Shown here: positions 1-10,092 of the stretch, piece by piece | Position numbering within the stretch: the first letter of the stretch is position 1 | How the letters are laid out: each line of letters begins with the position of its first letter | Origin: Candidatus Micrarchaeota archaeon | Lineage (GTDB): Archaea > Micrarchaeota > Micrarchaeia > Micrarchaeales > CABMGC01 | Length of the DNA stretch: 58,697 nt | Direction: 5' to 3' | Assembly (NCBI GenBank): GCA_021789155.1 | Contig: JAJYJW010000002.1 | Coordinates: forward strand, 1-58,697 | Made by a program: the position numbers and the translations under genes | The notes under the pieces: model-generated | Seen by the model: the letters and a program-made list of their open reading frames with translations, nothing else | Databases searched by the model: none | What the model was told of the DNA's origin: nothing

Positions 1-1
1 T

Positions 2-169
2 TCTGCGATGCAGGCAGAGGCACATTCTTTGAAGGCAAAATCTTCCACGCTTTCAAACGAGGAAAAAAGACGCATCAGTGAGAAAAACGAAGATGTTCTA
101 CTTTACTTCAACGTAAAGGCTGCAGAATTGAGCGTTTCATTCTTCAAAACCAAAAAACCTGAACGATGA
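2..169 (+). CDS. 3' end of a hypothetical protein running in from the window edge
   Basis: Frame 2 is open from base 2 to TGA at 167-169 (SAMQAEAHSLKAK...KKPER*). Confidence 0.5.
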   Translation, partial: SAMQAEAHSLKAKSSTLSNEEKRRISEKNEDVLLYFNVKAAELSVSFFKTKKPER

Positions 170-208
170 GTAGGAAACACTTAAAAACATCTAGACTGTA
201 TTACGAAC

Positions 209-736
209 GTGAGTAACATGGTCGTAAAAAACATAGTTAGGTCTGTAAAAAATAAGAAACTCACCGGAAGCAGTATGGGTCAGAATTCTCTAGCAGTTGC
301 ATTATGGCTTGATTGCGGGGGTTCAAAAGTTTCATCAAAATCCAGAGAGATAAAGAAAGCATATAGAAACAAGTTGAATAATCTTGAATTCGCTGACAAT
401 TATCATATTTCCATATTCGATTCTAATGTGGATGCGGTTTCGAGGAAAATATACCGCGGATCTATAAGCCAACTTTCAGAAGTTCTCAAAAGTAAACAAA
501 CTAATTTCAGCAAGAAAGCCGTTTTTCCAATGAAACTTTTGTCAGAGATAAAGTTTCGCAAAAGCTTATCGAAAGCGAAGAAAGGCATAGATGCTAGGAT
601 TCGCAATTACATAGACGGTTTTCTTGTTCCACTAGAGAGCAAAATAAAGAATGCGAATAGCGTGGAAGACCTAGAAAAGGTGTTCGTGTCTTCAATGTCA
701 GAAGAGGGCTACAAGCTTGCATTGCGCGGAATATAG
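209..736 (+). CDS. hypothetical basic protein
   Basis: 175-aa ORF preceded by a TATA-like CTTAAAAA about 30 bp upstream; no recognisable motif. Confidence 0.6.
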   Translation: MSNMVVKNIVRSVKNKKLTGSSMGQNSLAVALWLDCGGSKVSSKSREIKKAYRNKLNNLEFADNYHISIFDSNVDAVSRKIYRGSISQLSEVLKSKQTNFSKKAVFPMKLLSEIKFRKSLSKAKKGIDARIRNYIDGFLVPLESKIKNANSVEDLEKVFVSSMSEEGYKLALRGI

Positions 737-784
737 CTGCCGCACGTTTATTAGCTTTGAAGTTGAAATCGATTAGGGTAGTGT

Positions 785-1480
785 ATGACATCATATAGGG
801 CATTGGAAAGGTATGATAGCGTAGCCGTGTTCGGCGATTTAAATGAAAACGTTACCAGGAACAGAATAACCTCTGTTTTACGAGGCGTTGAAAACCTCCT
901 TAAATACGAATGGGAACAGGAGGTAAAAGGAGTGAAAACAGAACGCATGAAAATTGCAGAACTTCGCGCTCCGGAATTTTCTCGAGCTTATCCATCTCAA
1001 TTGAAATTGCTTTTGGTCGGTTCGAACAAGGAAGTAGAACTCATGAATAATGAAGTCAAAAACTTCAAACCGTTGAATGTCAGCATATTCAAGTTAAACG
1101 GATCAAAAGATACTAACGGCAATGTTAAAAGGTGCGTAGATTTCGCACTGGCGCATGAAGAGAGTGTTGCCATGATAACATTTCCAAAAGAAGCCATGAA
1201 GGCGGAACAGGATTTACGTGCTTATCTGAGATCATTTAATGATGCAAGTGGCGTATTGGGCGAGCCTACCGGATCAGAAACGAGTCCGTTCGGCATATTC
1301 GGTCACGATGAAAAACTAGGCGCAACTAGGAGAATCATCGCAACAGTACTTATCGCATTCAACAAATTGGAATTATGGTTAAGATACGCGCATCCTAACG
1401 CATTCAATTATATCCAAAACAAATCAACCGGTATCAAGAATAATGCGTATGGCGCTAAGGAAAAACATGTCTATGATTAA
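785..1480 (+). CDS. hypothetical protein
   Basis: 231-aa ORF with no recognisable motif. Confidence 0.6.
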   Translation: MTSYRALERYDSVAVFGDLNENVTRNRITSVLRGVENLLKYEWEQEVKGVKTERMKIAELRAPEFSRAYPSQLKLLLVGSNKEVELMNNEVKNFKPLNVSIFKLNGSKDTNGNVKRCVDFALAHEESVAMITFPKEAMKAEQDLRAYLRSFNDASGVLGEPTGSETSPFGIFGHDEKLGATRRIIATVLIAFNKLELWLRYAHPNAFNYIQNKSTGIKNNAYGAKEKHVYD

Positions 1481-1521
1481 AGTTTATAAATCAAATACCA
1501 CAATAGATATTTCATGATTTT

Positions 1522-1656
1522 ATGAATAATAAAGACAATGAACTGAAGAAAGCCGTAAGGATGAATGAAATAAATACAGTTTTGTCTATGGTAAGAATGC
1601 TTCCAAGAGAAGATTCATCTTCAGAGCTCAACAGAAGAATAAACAAAGTTCACTAG
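1522..1656 (+). CDS. small 44-aa protein (MNNKDNELKKAVRMNEINTVLSMVRMLPREDSSSELNRRINKVH), below the ORF-track cutoff
   Basis: Upstream TATA box TTTATAAA at about 1483 and a downstream hairpin plus U-tract. Confidence 0.45.
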   Translation: MNNKDNELKKAVRMNEINTVLSMVRMLPREDSSSELNRRINKVH

Positions 1657-1668
1657 TTCTCTATTTTT

Positions 1669-1701
1669 CGTTCAGCTTTTTGCTGAACGTACTCTTTTTT
1701 T
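1669..1701 (+). terminator. hairpin plus U-tract terminator
   Basis: CGTTCAGC-TTTTT-GCTGAACG forms a perfect 8-bp stem followed by TACTC and a T7 run. Confidence 0.55.
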
Positions 1702-1778
1702 CAACATTATCTTGAATAAATTAACGATGGGCAGTTTAGACTTATAAACAAAAGTTCCTCAATACATATGGGGCGAAC

Positions 1779-2570
1779 ATGAGAATTATAACGATTAGAA
1801 GAAATGCTTCAAAAAACGCACCCGTGCTCAAAGGAGCATCAAATTACTGCAAATTTTGTAGGGTTGAAGTTAATCAGAGAGCAGAAATGAACCGGGTTGA
1901 GAGAATGAAGATAAAAATACCATTTGTTAAAATTGAAAAGGACAGCCACAAAGAATGTAAAAAATATATCGAATCTGCAAAAAGAAACACAAATAAGGTA
2001 GAAGAACCGGCAGAGGTAATTCAGTATAATTCGAATGTGGCTATTGCGCTGTCTGCCACAAATCTAGAATTCTGGACGTTTCCTGTGGAAAACGGTAAAT
2101 GGCGCTGCAAATTTACTGCAAAGAAGCACCAGGTAAAAACAGCGGCGAAGAATTCAAAAACAAACAAATTATTGCAGATGCTTTACTACTCAAGGAAGCA
2201 GAAAAAGGATTTAGACTACTTGATGAACGTGCTGATAAAAGAGGGAAGAATCGAACCTAAAGATGTAACATATCTTGATATTAGCGGGTTGGACCTTACC
2301 TCAATGCCAAAGAACACATACAAATTCGTGAACTTAAAGGGCATCTTCCTTGCAAATAACAAGATAAAGGAACTTCCGAATGAAATAAAAAGTCTAAAGA
2401 AGTTAAACTGGCTCAACATAAGCTCAAATCCGAACATCCAGATATCAGATGTAATAAACGAACTGAAACACCTTAGCAGATTGGAGATAAACAAAGATGT
2501 TTTGGAAAAGGAAATTAAGATGGGTTTGCTTGCAAATGGAGTGAAACTCATTCATCCTGATTTCGAATAG
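1779..2570 (+). CDS. leucine-rich repeat protein with an N-terminal CxxC...HxxC motif
   Basis: LDISGLDLTSMP, LKGIFLANNKIKELP and LNWLNISSN match LRR consensus; CKFC...HKEC lies near the N-terminus. Confidence 0.75.
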   Translation: MRIITIRRNASKNAPVLKGASNYCKFCRVEVNQRAEMNRVERMKIKIPFVKIEKDSHKECKKYIESAKRNTNKVEEPAEVIQYNSNVAIALSATNLEFWTFPVENGKWRCKFTAKKHQVKTAAKNSKTNKLLQMLYYSRKQKKDLDYLMNVLIKEGRIEPKDVTYLDISGLDLTSMPKNTYKFVNLKGIFLANNKIKELPNEIKSLKKLNWLNISSNPNIQISDVINELKHLSRLEINKDVLEKEIKMGLLANGVKLIHPDFE

Positions 2571-2580
2571 GTGAAAATAT

Positions 2581-3258
2581 ATGGTAACTAAGATTTCAAT
2601 AAAAAATAAATTCGCTAAATTGTGGAACAATTCAGAGCCTAAAGAAATGGTGGGTATTCTGGCAAAGGACAACGATATGGCAAAGGCATTCCTTGAGCAC
2701 CCATGGAAATTGGTCAATGAACAAAGAGAAAAAGCACTGACAACATTGCATTCGAAGGTAAATCCAAACGGTGGCACTCTAGCTGAAAAACTCGCGCAGA
2801 ATAATGAAACCGCATATTTGCTCATGCAACACTTTCCAGAATTGCTTGAGCAGAGCAAGGAAATGGTGGGTATTCTGGCAAAGGACAACGATATGGCAAA
2901 GGCATTCCTTGAGCACCCATGGAAATTGGTCAATGAACAAAGAGAAAAAGCACTGACAACATTGCATTCGAAGGTAAATCCAAACGGTGGCACTCTAGCT
3001 GAAAAACTCGCGCAGAATAATGAAACCGCATATTTGCTCATGCAACACTTTCCAGAATTGCTTGAGCAGAGCAAGGAAATACACAAATACGTGTCATATT
3101 CTCTGGTGAATTCAATATTCAATTTCGGCATATGGGCGCGTACAAACAAAAACAACCTTTCTGCAAAAGATTATGTTGCAGCCTTGAAGATAGTGAAACA
3201 ACTTAAAGAATTCCAGAACAAACCTGCAGCAAGGGAAAAAGACAAAAGAAGAGAATAG
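2581..3258 (+). CDS. hypothetical helical protein with an exact 72-aa internal duplication
   Basis: 225-aa ORF in which EMVGILAK...LLEQSK occurs twice. Confidence 0.65.
   Translation: MVTKISIKNKFAKLWNNSEPKEMVGILAKDNDMAKAFLEHPWKLVNEQREKALTTLHSKVNPNGGTLAEKLAQNNETAYLLMQHFPELLEQSKEMVGILAKDNDMAKAFLEHPWKLVNEQREKALTTLHSKVNPNGGTLAEKLAQNNETAYLLMQHFPELLEQSKEIHKYVSYSLVNSIFNFGIWARTNKNNLSAKDYVAALKIVKQLKEFQNKPAAREKDKRRE
2644..3075. repeat. perfect 2 x 216-bp tandem duplication
   Basis: 2644-2859 equals 2860-3075, with GAAAT microhomology at 2644, 2860 and 3076. Confidence 0.92.
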
Positions 3259-3266
3259 GTGTTATT

Positions 3267-3740
3267 TTGCCAAGAGAAAACGTAATTAGCAGACGCAAGT
3301 CAAAGGAAAGCGAAGTGGAATTATCCATTCGTCTTCGGAAGAACAATAAAATCGTTGCAGTACAGGGAAAACTCGTATCATACGCGAATGAGAGAAAAGT
3401 GCTCGAAATACCTGACGAAAAACTTTCAAAATTCAAGGAAGTGCTGCGGAAATACTGCGAAATAGAAAGGGAGATATGGGTTGGTATAAATTCCAAGGTT
3501 ACAGTAACTGGCTCTGCATTCAAGAGACTTGAAAAAAGAGTAGATGAGGCCGTAGCTCTAATGAATAAGGCTATACGACAGAAGGAATTTCACTACGGCA
3601 AGAACCTCCGCTTCGAGTATACGGTTAACAATGTAGACGAGTCGCTAAACATAAGTAGAATGAGCACAGTAATCTGCGCAGTAGCAGGTGCTGCAGTAGA
3701 ACCTTCATTAAGAGAAGATCTGGAATTTTGCTGGAGATGA
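3267..3740 (+). CDS. hypothetical protein
   Basis: 157-aa ORF with TTG start and an upstream GGTG RBS-like sequence. Confidence 0.55.
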   Translation: MPRENVISRRKSKESEVELSIRLRKNNKIVAVQGKLVSYANERKVLEIPDEKLSKFKEVLRKYCEIEREIWVGINSKVTVTGSAFKRLEKRVDEAVALMNKAIRQKEFHYGKNLRFEYTVNNVDESLNISRMSTVICAVAGAAVEPSLREDLEFCWR

Positions 3741-3810
3741 GCTTATTTCTCAAAACTAGAAAGTATCTACGGTTTCCATTCAGCGTGTTAGCTAACCTTA
3801 AGCTATATAA

Positions 3811-3828
3811 AAGTTTTTATACCAGATT
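3811..3828 (+). promoter_or_regulatory. archaeal BRE/TATA promoter, duplicated at 4942-4959
   Basis: AAGTTTTTATACCAGATT starts exactly 41 bp before the ATG of both paralogous genes. Confidence 0.65.
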
Positions 3829-3851
3829 CGTGCCAAAAATATGTAGATTGC

Positions 3852-4847
3852 ATGGCAGATGTTAAAGTTGGAAAGAATAGCGTGATTTTGTCAGCTCCAG
3901 TAGTAAGCAATGCCCACGATACAGTACACGAAGGTTATAGGATCGTACCAGTTAACTCAGCAGCTATACCAAAGGTATCTACTTCAAAGGAGCTTACCGT
4001 TGTGAATTATCCTGGAAAACTCGCCATAAGATCTGAACAGGCAAAGGCGATAACAAAAGCAGGTCCCCTAACTTCTCACCAAGCCACCATGGCATTGACA
4101 AATATAACTGGCAATATGGCTAAAGGATCAAGTTTGATCGCACTAGATGCAGCAAGACCTGCGCGATCAGTATCTACGCCACATTCAAGCAGCTCATTTT
4201 CATACCCTCGCGGGACAATGAGTAATGAACAAGTAGAACAATTACAACAAGAACACGTTGCTTCAGGTGTCCGTTCCATAGAACAGATGTCTGAGTATGC
4301 GTCAAAGATACCAACATCCTGCGGAGGAATAATGTCTGCAATGGAACAATGCGACTTGGTTAGATTGCTCATATATGCGTCTAATCCATGTATAGCCAAT
4401 TTTTTGAAAATGCCTGATGAATATGCCAAAGTCTATGCTTTAGCAGTATTACATCTTATTGAAAATGGCACTACTGCAATGGCAAAGGTAAATACAACAA
4501 ACCCAGACTCACGTTTTAAAATAAAACCGCACGAATTTAGTGGCTTTCTGTCTAAAAATGTTAATAAGTTAGACAAGAATCTTAAAGGAAAACCAAAGAA
4601 TTCTTATTGCGATGGCAGTGAGACAGACTGTTTTGAAATACTAAATAAAATCGCAAAGAACACGGAAGGGACAATGAAGCTCGACGCAAAGGGTAGTGAC
4701 ATAATAAATAGCGTTGCCGCATTGGATACACTTTTAGCACTTGCACTTAATAGCGATATCCCAAACCTCCTAAAAATAAAAGCGCAGATAAACCAGTTTA
4801 GGGATTATCGAGATCGCATTGAGAGGCTGGCAAATGCCCATCAATAA
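3852..4847 (+). CDS. hypothetical protein, paralog of 4983-5975
   Basis: Shares SIEQ(M/I)SEYASKIP, LKMPDEY and IENGTTAMAKVN with the next gene. Confidence 0.75.
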   Translation: MADVKVGKNSVILSAPVVSNAHDTVHEGYRIVPVNSAAIPKVSTSKELTVVNYPGKLAIRSEQAKAITKAGPLTSHQATMALTNITGNMAKGSSLIALDAARPARSVSTPHSSSSFSYPRGTMSNEQVEQLQQEHVASGVRSIEQMSEYASKIPTSCGGIMSAMEQCDLVRLLIYASNPCIANFLKMPDEYAKVYALAVLHLIENGTTAMAKVNTTNPDSRFKIKPHEFSGFLSKNVNKLDKNLKGKPKNSYCDGSETDCFEILNKIAKNTEGTMKLDAKGSDIINSVAALDTLLALALNSDIPNLLKIKAQINQFRDYRDRIERLANAHQ

Positions 4848-4941
4848 CTTTTTTCAGGATTTCCTATCTTTATGGGCATTAAGCTTCGAAATAGTAAGTT
4901 TTTATTAACGCTAACTGATTCCTGTTAATTTAAAACACTAT

Positions 4942-4959
4942 AAGTTTTTATACCAGATT
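4942..4959 (+). promoter_or_regulatory. second copy of the duplicated promoter
   Basis: Identical 18-mer to 3811-3828 with the same spacing to the ATG. Confidence 0.65.
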
Positions 4960-4982
4960 ATTATTAAAAATATACGGATTAC

Positions 4983-5975
4983 ATGGCGATTATTGCAGAG
5001 AAGAAGGAATATAATAATATCGATACAGGCCATAATGTTGTGAACAAAGAGTATAGCGCAGTGCGGACGAATTCGGTTGTTTTGCCGAAGACATCTTCTC
5101 CTGGAGAGCTTACTCGTACAAATTACTTGGAAAAACTGGAGTTGCTAGCGAAACAGGCAAAGGCGATAACCCAGATAGGTGTTCAAGCTCCCCCTAAACA
5201 AACTCTTAGTGCATTGCTTAACCTTACCGGAAATATGGTGGACGGGGCACGTTTGGCTACTTATGATGCATCTGAATCTAGATCAATATCAGATGACCAA
5301 GCCAGAAGAAATATGCAAGAACGCATAGTTTCAAGTGTCCATTCTATAGAGCAAATATCGGAGTATGCATCGAAGATACCGATCAAATGCGGAAGATCTA
5401 CTGGGGAGAGAAGTGATGAGACCCGATTGCTTATACGCTCCTTTAATTCGTGCATAGATGCGCTTTTGAAAATGCCTGATGAATATGTAAATATCTGTGC
5501 GCCTGCAGTATTACGCATTATAGAAAACGGCACTACTGCAATGGCAAAAGTTAATGCCCAAAATCCAATATCCTCTTTTAAAATACAGCAGAATGAGTTT
5601 AGGAACTTTTTAACTAAAAACACAAAAAAACTAAACAAAATACTTAAAGGAAAGCCTGTAGGTTCCTATTGGAATGGTCGCGAAGCAGATAGTGTTGAAA
5701 GAGTAGATAAAATCACAAGGAATACCAGTGAAGTGATGGCGAAATGCGGTATATTTGCAGGGGCAAGTTGCGAGGCAGCCATAGACAGGCTTTCTCAGTT
5801 CACGCTTGAAAATAACGCCAGGAATACATTACAAATGCGGGCACAAATAGTCCAACTTAAACATGATCTGAAAGATCTTAAAGGTAAAACCAGCGCAATT
5901 AATGGCCATAACAACCAATCAGATAATCATCAGCGTGATATTCTTATTGCAAAGGAAAGAGCGTTATATGACTGA
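4983..5975 (+). CDS. hypothetical protein, paralog of 3852-4847
   Basis: Same shared blocks and similar length (330 vs 331 aa). Confidence 0.75.
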   Translation: MAIIAEKKEYNNIDTGHNVVNKEYSAVRTNSVVLPKTSSPGELTRTNYLEKLELLAKQAKAITQIGVQAPPKQTLSALLNLTGNMVDGARLATYDASESRSISDDQARRNMQERIVSSVHSIEQISEYASKIPIKCGRSTGERSDETRLLIRSFNSCIDALLKMPDEYVNICAPAVLRIIENGTTAMAKVNAQNPISSFKIQQNEFRNFLTKNTKKLNKILKGKPVGSYWNGREADSVERVDKITRNTSEVMAKCGIFAGASCEAAIDRLSQFTLENNARNTLQMRAQIVQLKHDLKDLKGKTSAINGHNNQSDNHQRDILIAKERALYD

Positions 5976-6107
5976 TTTATGACTTATTCTGTACAGATTT
6001 TGCGAAAATAATATGCCTACTTTATTATTTGCGCAGTTCTGAAATGACTGTTTATTCTTCCAAAACTGGACATAATGCTTTAAAACCCCAGCGAAAAATA
6101 GATATCC

Positions 6108-6824
6108 ATGGTTCAGTATCCTTGGTTGGTATACGTTGATTCTGCGATAGATTCAGACAGAAAAGAAGTAGTTAAAAATATCGAATTAGCGTTTAGGCAT
6201 CTGGAAAGAATCAGCGATGTAAATATACCTCGTAAAGAAGAAAATATGGTAGGAAGAGACACTTTGCTTGAAAGGCCGTTCGAAAACATATTGCATAACG
6301 TGACGTTCAAGGACGTGCTCGTCAACGGCAAATCAGAAGAGGTTTCATTCGATTACTATCTGAGCAGCGCTCTGCACGTCCATAACGACATGCTAAGTTA
6401 CGAGCGAAGAATGCCGGCATTCGGGAATTTGCGATGCAACTATTCATATACGCATGTCTTGTCCCTGGCAGTCATAGCTCCGTATATTATGTCAAAAGTA
6501 GGGAACGTCCTCGCTGGCAACTCTGCCCCCATAAGAGGAAAAGGAAACACTGAAAAACAGCAGCTAGAATGGAATTTCGAGCATGGGGCAGGAGCAACCC
6601 TTTCATATAACTTATCCGAAAACAACGACTACAAAACGCTTAAACTTAATTTCTTGTATACGCTAAAGCACGAGCTTGCGCATACGTATGGGATAAGCCA
6701 TTGCAAAGACAAGGAGTGCATAATGTATCCATACACACTTGTTCAAGATATGAAAGAGCAAGAGATAGATTTCTGCGAAAAACACGAAAAAGACCTAAAA
6801 GAATTCTTGTGGAAGACCTACTGA
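6108..6824 (+). CDS. archaemetzincin-like zinc metalloprotease (M54-like)
   Basis: HELAHTYGISHC-x4-CIM (HExxHxxGxxHC plus Met-turn) and a C-terminal FCEKH. Confidence 0.8.
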   Translation: MVQYPWLVYVDSAIDSDRKEVVKNIELAFRHLERISDVNIPRKEENMVGRDTLLERPFENILHNVTFKDVLVNGKSEEVSFDYYLSSALHVHNDMLSYERRMPAFGNLRCNYSYTHVLSLAVIAPYIMSKVGNVLAGNSAPIRGKGNTEKQQLEWNFEHGAGATLSYNLSENNDYKTLKLNFLYTLKHELAHTYGISHCKDKECIMYPYTLVQDMKEQEIDFCEKHEKDLKEFLWKTY

Positions 6825-6895
6825 ATTCTACAGACAAAGAATAAAAATCTTGTATTTCAATTAGGTACGTAGCATATCCTGAGATGTGATGAAAA

Positions 6896-7525
6896 ATGTC
6901 AGAAAAAACGAACGAACGCTTCATTAAAATGAATGATGTGGCTTCAAGCAATAGGTCCACAGACACCGAATTGTTCGACTTGGTAACAAACATACGTACA
7001 TCTGACGATATTACAAGTGGCCAAAAGATGGAACTCTTCAACCAGGTCCTGCGTAATAATAATGCACAGGAAACAACTGTAGAATATGCACATCACTCTA
7101 AAACAATAGAAGAAAAACAGGATACGGATAAAATGAAAGCTGCAGAATCAAAAATTGCGATTAATGAGCATGCGCCACAAATCAATACAAAGAAAACATC
7201 ACTGTACATCTATATGGCAGTCATGATTGTATGCACCTTTGGCGTTTATGGATTATTGTTGTTATATTTGCAGGGTCATCCCATCAAAGTAGAGATCCGT
7301 GAATCCAAAGGGCATATATTTTCCATGCGAAGGGAAAATGATGATAACCCGCGTGAAAACAAAGAAAATGATGACAATCAGCGTGAAAACAATGTCTCTA
7401 CAGAACACACGCACATTCCAACATTCGGCGAGACAAGCTCCGGCCCTGGAGACAGTGCAAAATGGTTCGAGAATTGGTCCAATAACAATGACCGTTATCG
7501 AGACTGGAGTGATGGCAAGCCTTAA
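6896..7525 (+). CDS. single-pass membrane protein
   Basis: Hydrophobic LYIYMAVMIVCTFGVYGLLLLYL segment and a short ENDDNxREN repeat. Confidence 0.6.
   Translation: MSEKTNERFIKMNDVASSNRSTDTELFDLVTNIRTSDDITSGQKMELFNQVLRNNNAQETTVEYAHHSKTIEEKQDTDKMKAAESKIAINEHAPQINTKKTSLYIYMAVMIVCTFGVYGLLLLYLQGHPIKVEIRESKGHIFSMRRENDDNPRENKENDDNQRENNVSTEHTHIPTFGETSSGPGDSAKWFENWSNNNDRYRDWSDGKP
7334..7393. repeat. imperfect 2 x 30-bp intragenic tandem repeat
   Basis: GAAAATGATGATAACCCGCGTGAAAACAAA followed by GAAAATGATGACAATCAGCGTGAAAACAAT. Confidence 0.75.
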
Positions 7526-7571
7526 GTAGAAAGTTTTAATTCTGAATTGCTAGTGTTTGTTTAAGGTTAGT

Positions 7572-8420
7572 TTATCGTTCTAGCTTCAGTGCTTGCAGTA
7601 CCAAACTCTCCAATTTGGCTATTTCTATGTTGTATGGGTATTCGAATCTGCGCAAACTGCGCATTGTAAATCGTTTAATTATTGGAGAATTGCGCCTAGA
7701 TTTAACTGCATTAATTAGATCATCCTTAATTTCTTCCACTTTCTTTGCTGCTTGTTTCATCGCGTCGGTTGCTTCGAAATGTTCTATTTCGGTTGCATTC
7801 CAATCCCATAGTATGCGTTCATTGTTTGTAATTACCCAACGTTCTCTATGCCACTTCGGCAGAGTACATTGTTCTAGTAAAGAGGGCTCAACCTTACTTT
7901 TTATGCTGAAACTGTCATATTCTCCGAATATTTTGGTTGTCGGATCTGCGAGGTATTTCCTGCCTTCTATTTCAAGTTTCACCCAGGAATGAGTTCCAGT
8001 GACTAACGCTATGTTACCTATGGCTATCGTTGAGCCTATGACAATCTCCGACTGAATCCCATGCTCTTTCAATACCTCATGGAGGGCAACTGCCAAGTGC
8101 TTGCACACTCCTTTTTTATTCTTTAAGGCAACATCGAGATCTAGCTGCGTTGCCTCTTTAAGATCGTATTTTATTGATGAATGAACGATATCCATGCATT
8201 CTCTGACTGTTTCTAATGTATCAGTGGCATCTGCAGGCCTAACTTGCGATGCAAGTTCCTTTATGATGGTAATTGCTGTAGCATTAACTTTAACTACGCC
8301 TATTTTCACGGTCTCTTCATTAGAAATTGTCTTTAACATAAAAACACGCACTTGTGTTTGTTCAAAATAAATCGCAGTTTGAAACGTCTTTTCAGTTTCT
8401 CTTCTGCTCTGCATAGTCAT
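7572..8420 (-). CDS. transglutaminase-like superfamily protein (true start may be ATG at 8339)
   Basis: GVCKHLA, HSWVKL and ADPT supply the Cys-His-Asp triad motifs. Confidence 0.8.
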   Translation of the reverse strand: MTMQSRRETEKTFQTAIYFEQTQVRVFMLKTISNEETVKIGVVKVNATAITIIKELASQVRPADATDTLETVRECMDIVHSSIKYDLKEATQLDLDVALKNKKGVCKHLAVALHEVLKEHGIQSEIVIGSTIAIGNIALVTGTHSWVKLEIEGRKYLADPTTKIFGEYDSFSIKSKVEPSLLEQCTLPKWHRERWVITNNERILWDWNATEIEHFEATDAMKQAAKKVEEIKDDLINAVKSRRNSPIIKRFTMRSLRRFEYPYNIEIAKLESLVLQALKLER

Positions 8421-8778
8421 TGAGATATGTTATTGTGCAGTGACTTGAAAGCTCAATCAGCCTTAGTTCTGCCTTAATTTTCTCAGTGAAGCTTTTTCCG
8501 AAATGTTGTTTGAGATTTACCTGCACTGCGTTAACGCCTTTAACCTGTTTAAATGTAGCGATAGTCGTATCCTTGCCCCGCATGTGAACTACTAGCTTTG
8601 TTTCGCTTCCGCGTAGAAAGCCCGGTTCTTTCACGCTATACGTAATTTCTCCTGCGGCCCTTATCGGTTGCTCGTTGTTGAGTTGCTTTGAAAGGATGAA
8701 TGCCACGTTTTTATCTAGTCCTTCTCTTACTCTAAAAGTACCATCTGAAGGCTGAACTCTGTGTCCATGCGTTACCAT
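8392..8778 (-). CDS. hypothetical protein
   Basis: 128-aa ORF with weak resemblance to 17502-17906. Confidence 0.55.
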   Translation of the reverse strand: MVTHGHRVQPSDGTFRVREGLDKNVAFILSKQLNNEQPIRAAGEITYSVKEPGFLRGSETKLVVHMRGKDTTIATFKQVKGVNAVQVNLKQHFGKSFTEKIKAELRLIELSSHCTITYLNDYAEQKRN

Positions 8779-8835
8779 AAAATCACATTAAAATTGCGAA
8801 TTCTTTGTTGATAAATGTGTTTTGATATTCGTTTA

Positions 8836-8888
8836 TTTTTAGACTTGTATGTTGATTAAAGCTCTTCACTTTGCATATTGACGAACCC
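8836..8888 (+). repeat. 53-bp direct repeat, left copy (right copy 13169-13221)
   Basis: TTTTTAGACTTGTATGT(T/C)GATTAAAGCTCTTCACTTTGCATATTGACGAACCC, one mismatch between copies. Confidence 0.9.
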
Positions 8889-10092
8889 TCGTACCCTGCC
8901 GGATCAGTCCCGTTATGAATTTCTTGACTCTATCGAACTCGGCAAGCGACACGTACTCGTTGGACTGGTGCGCGCTATCGTTGGCAAGGCCATAGCTTAC
9001 CGAAGGTATGCCTGCATTGTTAAGCCAGCTGCTATCATTGCCTACGAACGCGTAGTAGAGCTTGTTTGTACCCAGTATGCTCTTCGCCGCTCTCGCTATA
9101 TCCGAATCTGGATCAGCGCGCCCGTTCGCCATCATGTGCGTTATCTCCAACGCGATCTTCACCTCGTGGTTTCCATGCTTCCTTTTAACCGCGCCAAAGA
9201 TGCTCTCGAATTCGGCTAGCGCGTCTTTCATGTCGCCTTCGGGCTCTACTCGAAGATCGAACCACGCAGTCAATTCGTTGGGGATGTTGTTGCCCGCATT
9301 GCCCGCGTGCATCATCGTTAGAGAAAACCTACGCCCAACAGGTTTTTCCACAGGCATCTTCGTGCTTGGATCAATGTACAATCCCGGGAAGCGCGATGCG
9401 CCCACGCCATGCGCATTCATCGCATTAAGGTCGTCGAATATAGAAAGCGAAGCGTCTATTGGATTTTTCGCGAGGAAGGGATATCCCGCATGATGTCCTC
9501 TGCCCCTTATCGTTATGGTGCCTCCAAAACCTCCACTCGTTCCTATCAGAAGATGCGGATCCGCGTCTATCACCACTGCACTGGTGCTCCTTATGCGCGC
9601 GCGTTCCTTGTTGACCACGTATGCCATGCCGAACTTTGATCCTACCTCTTCATCGCAAGTGAAGAACAGCTCCAGGTTGACCATTCTATTTTTGGCTTCA
9701 CTGGCAGCAGCGAGTATCGCAGCTATCCCTCCCTTGTCATCGTTAGTGCCGCGGCCAAACGCCTTGCCGCGGATTGTCTTAAGCTCAAAGGGGTCGGTTC
9801 TCCAGCCATCCGCTTCCCTGTCTGCTGGAAGGGCGTCGAAATGGGCGCACAGAGCCAAGGTTTCCTTGGTATCGTCGTCCCCAAGCCGTGCGATTAGATT
9901 AGGGCGAGGTTTTCCATCCGGAATCTCACTTCTACGGGGTCTTACGAATCGTACTTCCGCGCCTATTGCCTCGCACTCCTCCGCTATCAACTTGGCGACC
10001 TTCTCGTAGTTCCTTGCGTCCCTAGTTGTAGTGTCTATAGAGACCAGGTCGCCAAGGAGGTTCATATCGTGCTTGTTTGGCATGCCCATCAC
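8866..10092 (-). CDS. M20 family metallopeptidase (ArgE/DapE-like)
   Basis: AHFDALP, GRGTNDDKG, CDEEVGS, GRGHHAG and AHQSNE motifs. Confidence 0.9.
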   Translation of the reverse strand: MMGMPNKHDMNLLGDLVSIDTTTRDARNYEKVAKLIAEECEAIGAEVRFVRPRRSEIPDGKPRPNLIARLGDDDTKETLALCAHFDALPADREADGWRTDPFELKTIRGKAFGRGTNDDKGGIAAILAAASEAKNRMVNLELFFTCDEEVGSKFGMAYVVNKERARIRSTSAVVIDADPHLLIGTSGGFGGTITIRGRGHHAGYPFLAKNPIDASLSIFDDLNAMNAHGVGASRFPGLYIDPSTKMPVEKPVGRRFSLTMMHAGNAGNNIPNELTAWFDLRVEPEGDMKDALAEFESIFGAVKRKHGNHEVKIALEITHMMANGRADPDSDIARAAKSILGTNKLYYAFVGNDSSWLNNAGIPSVSYGLANDSAHQSNEYVSLAEFDRVKKFITGLIRQGTRVRQYAK

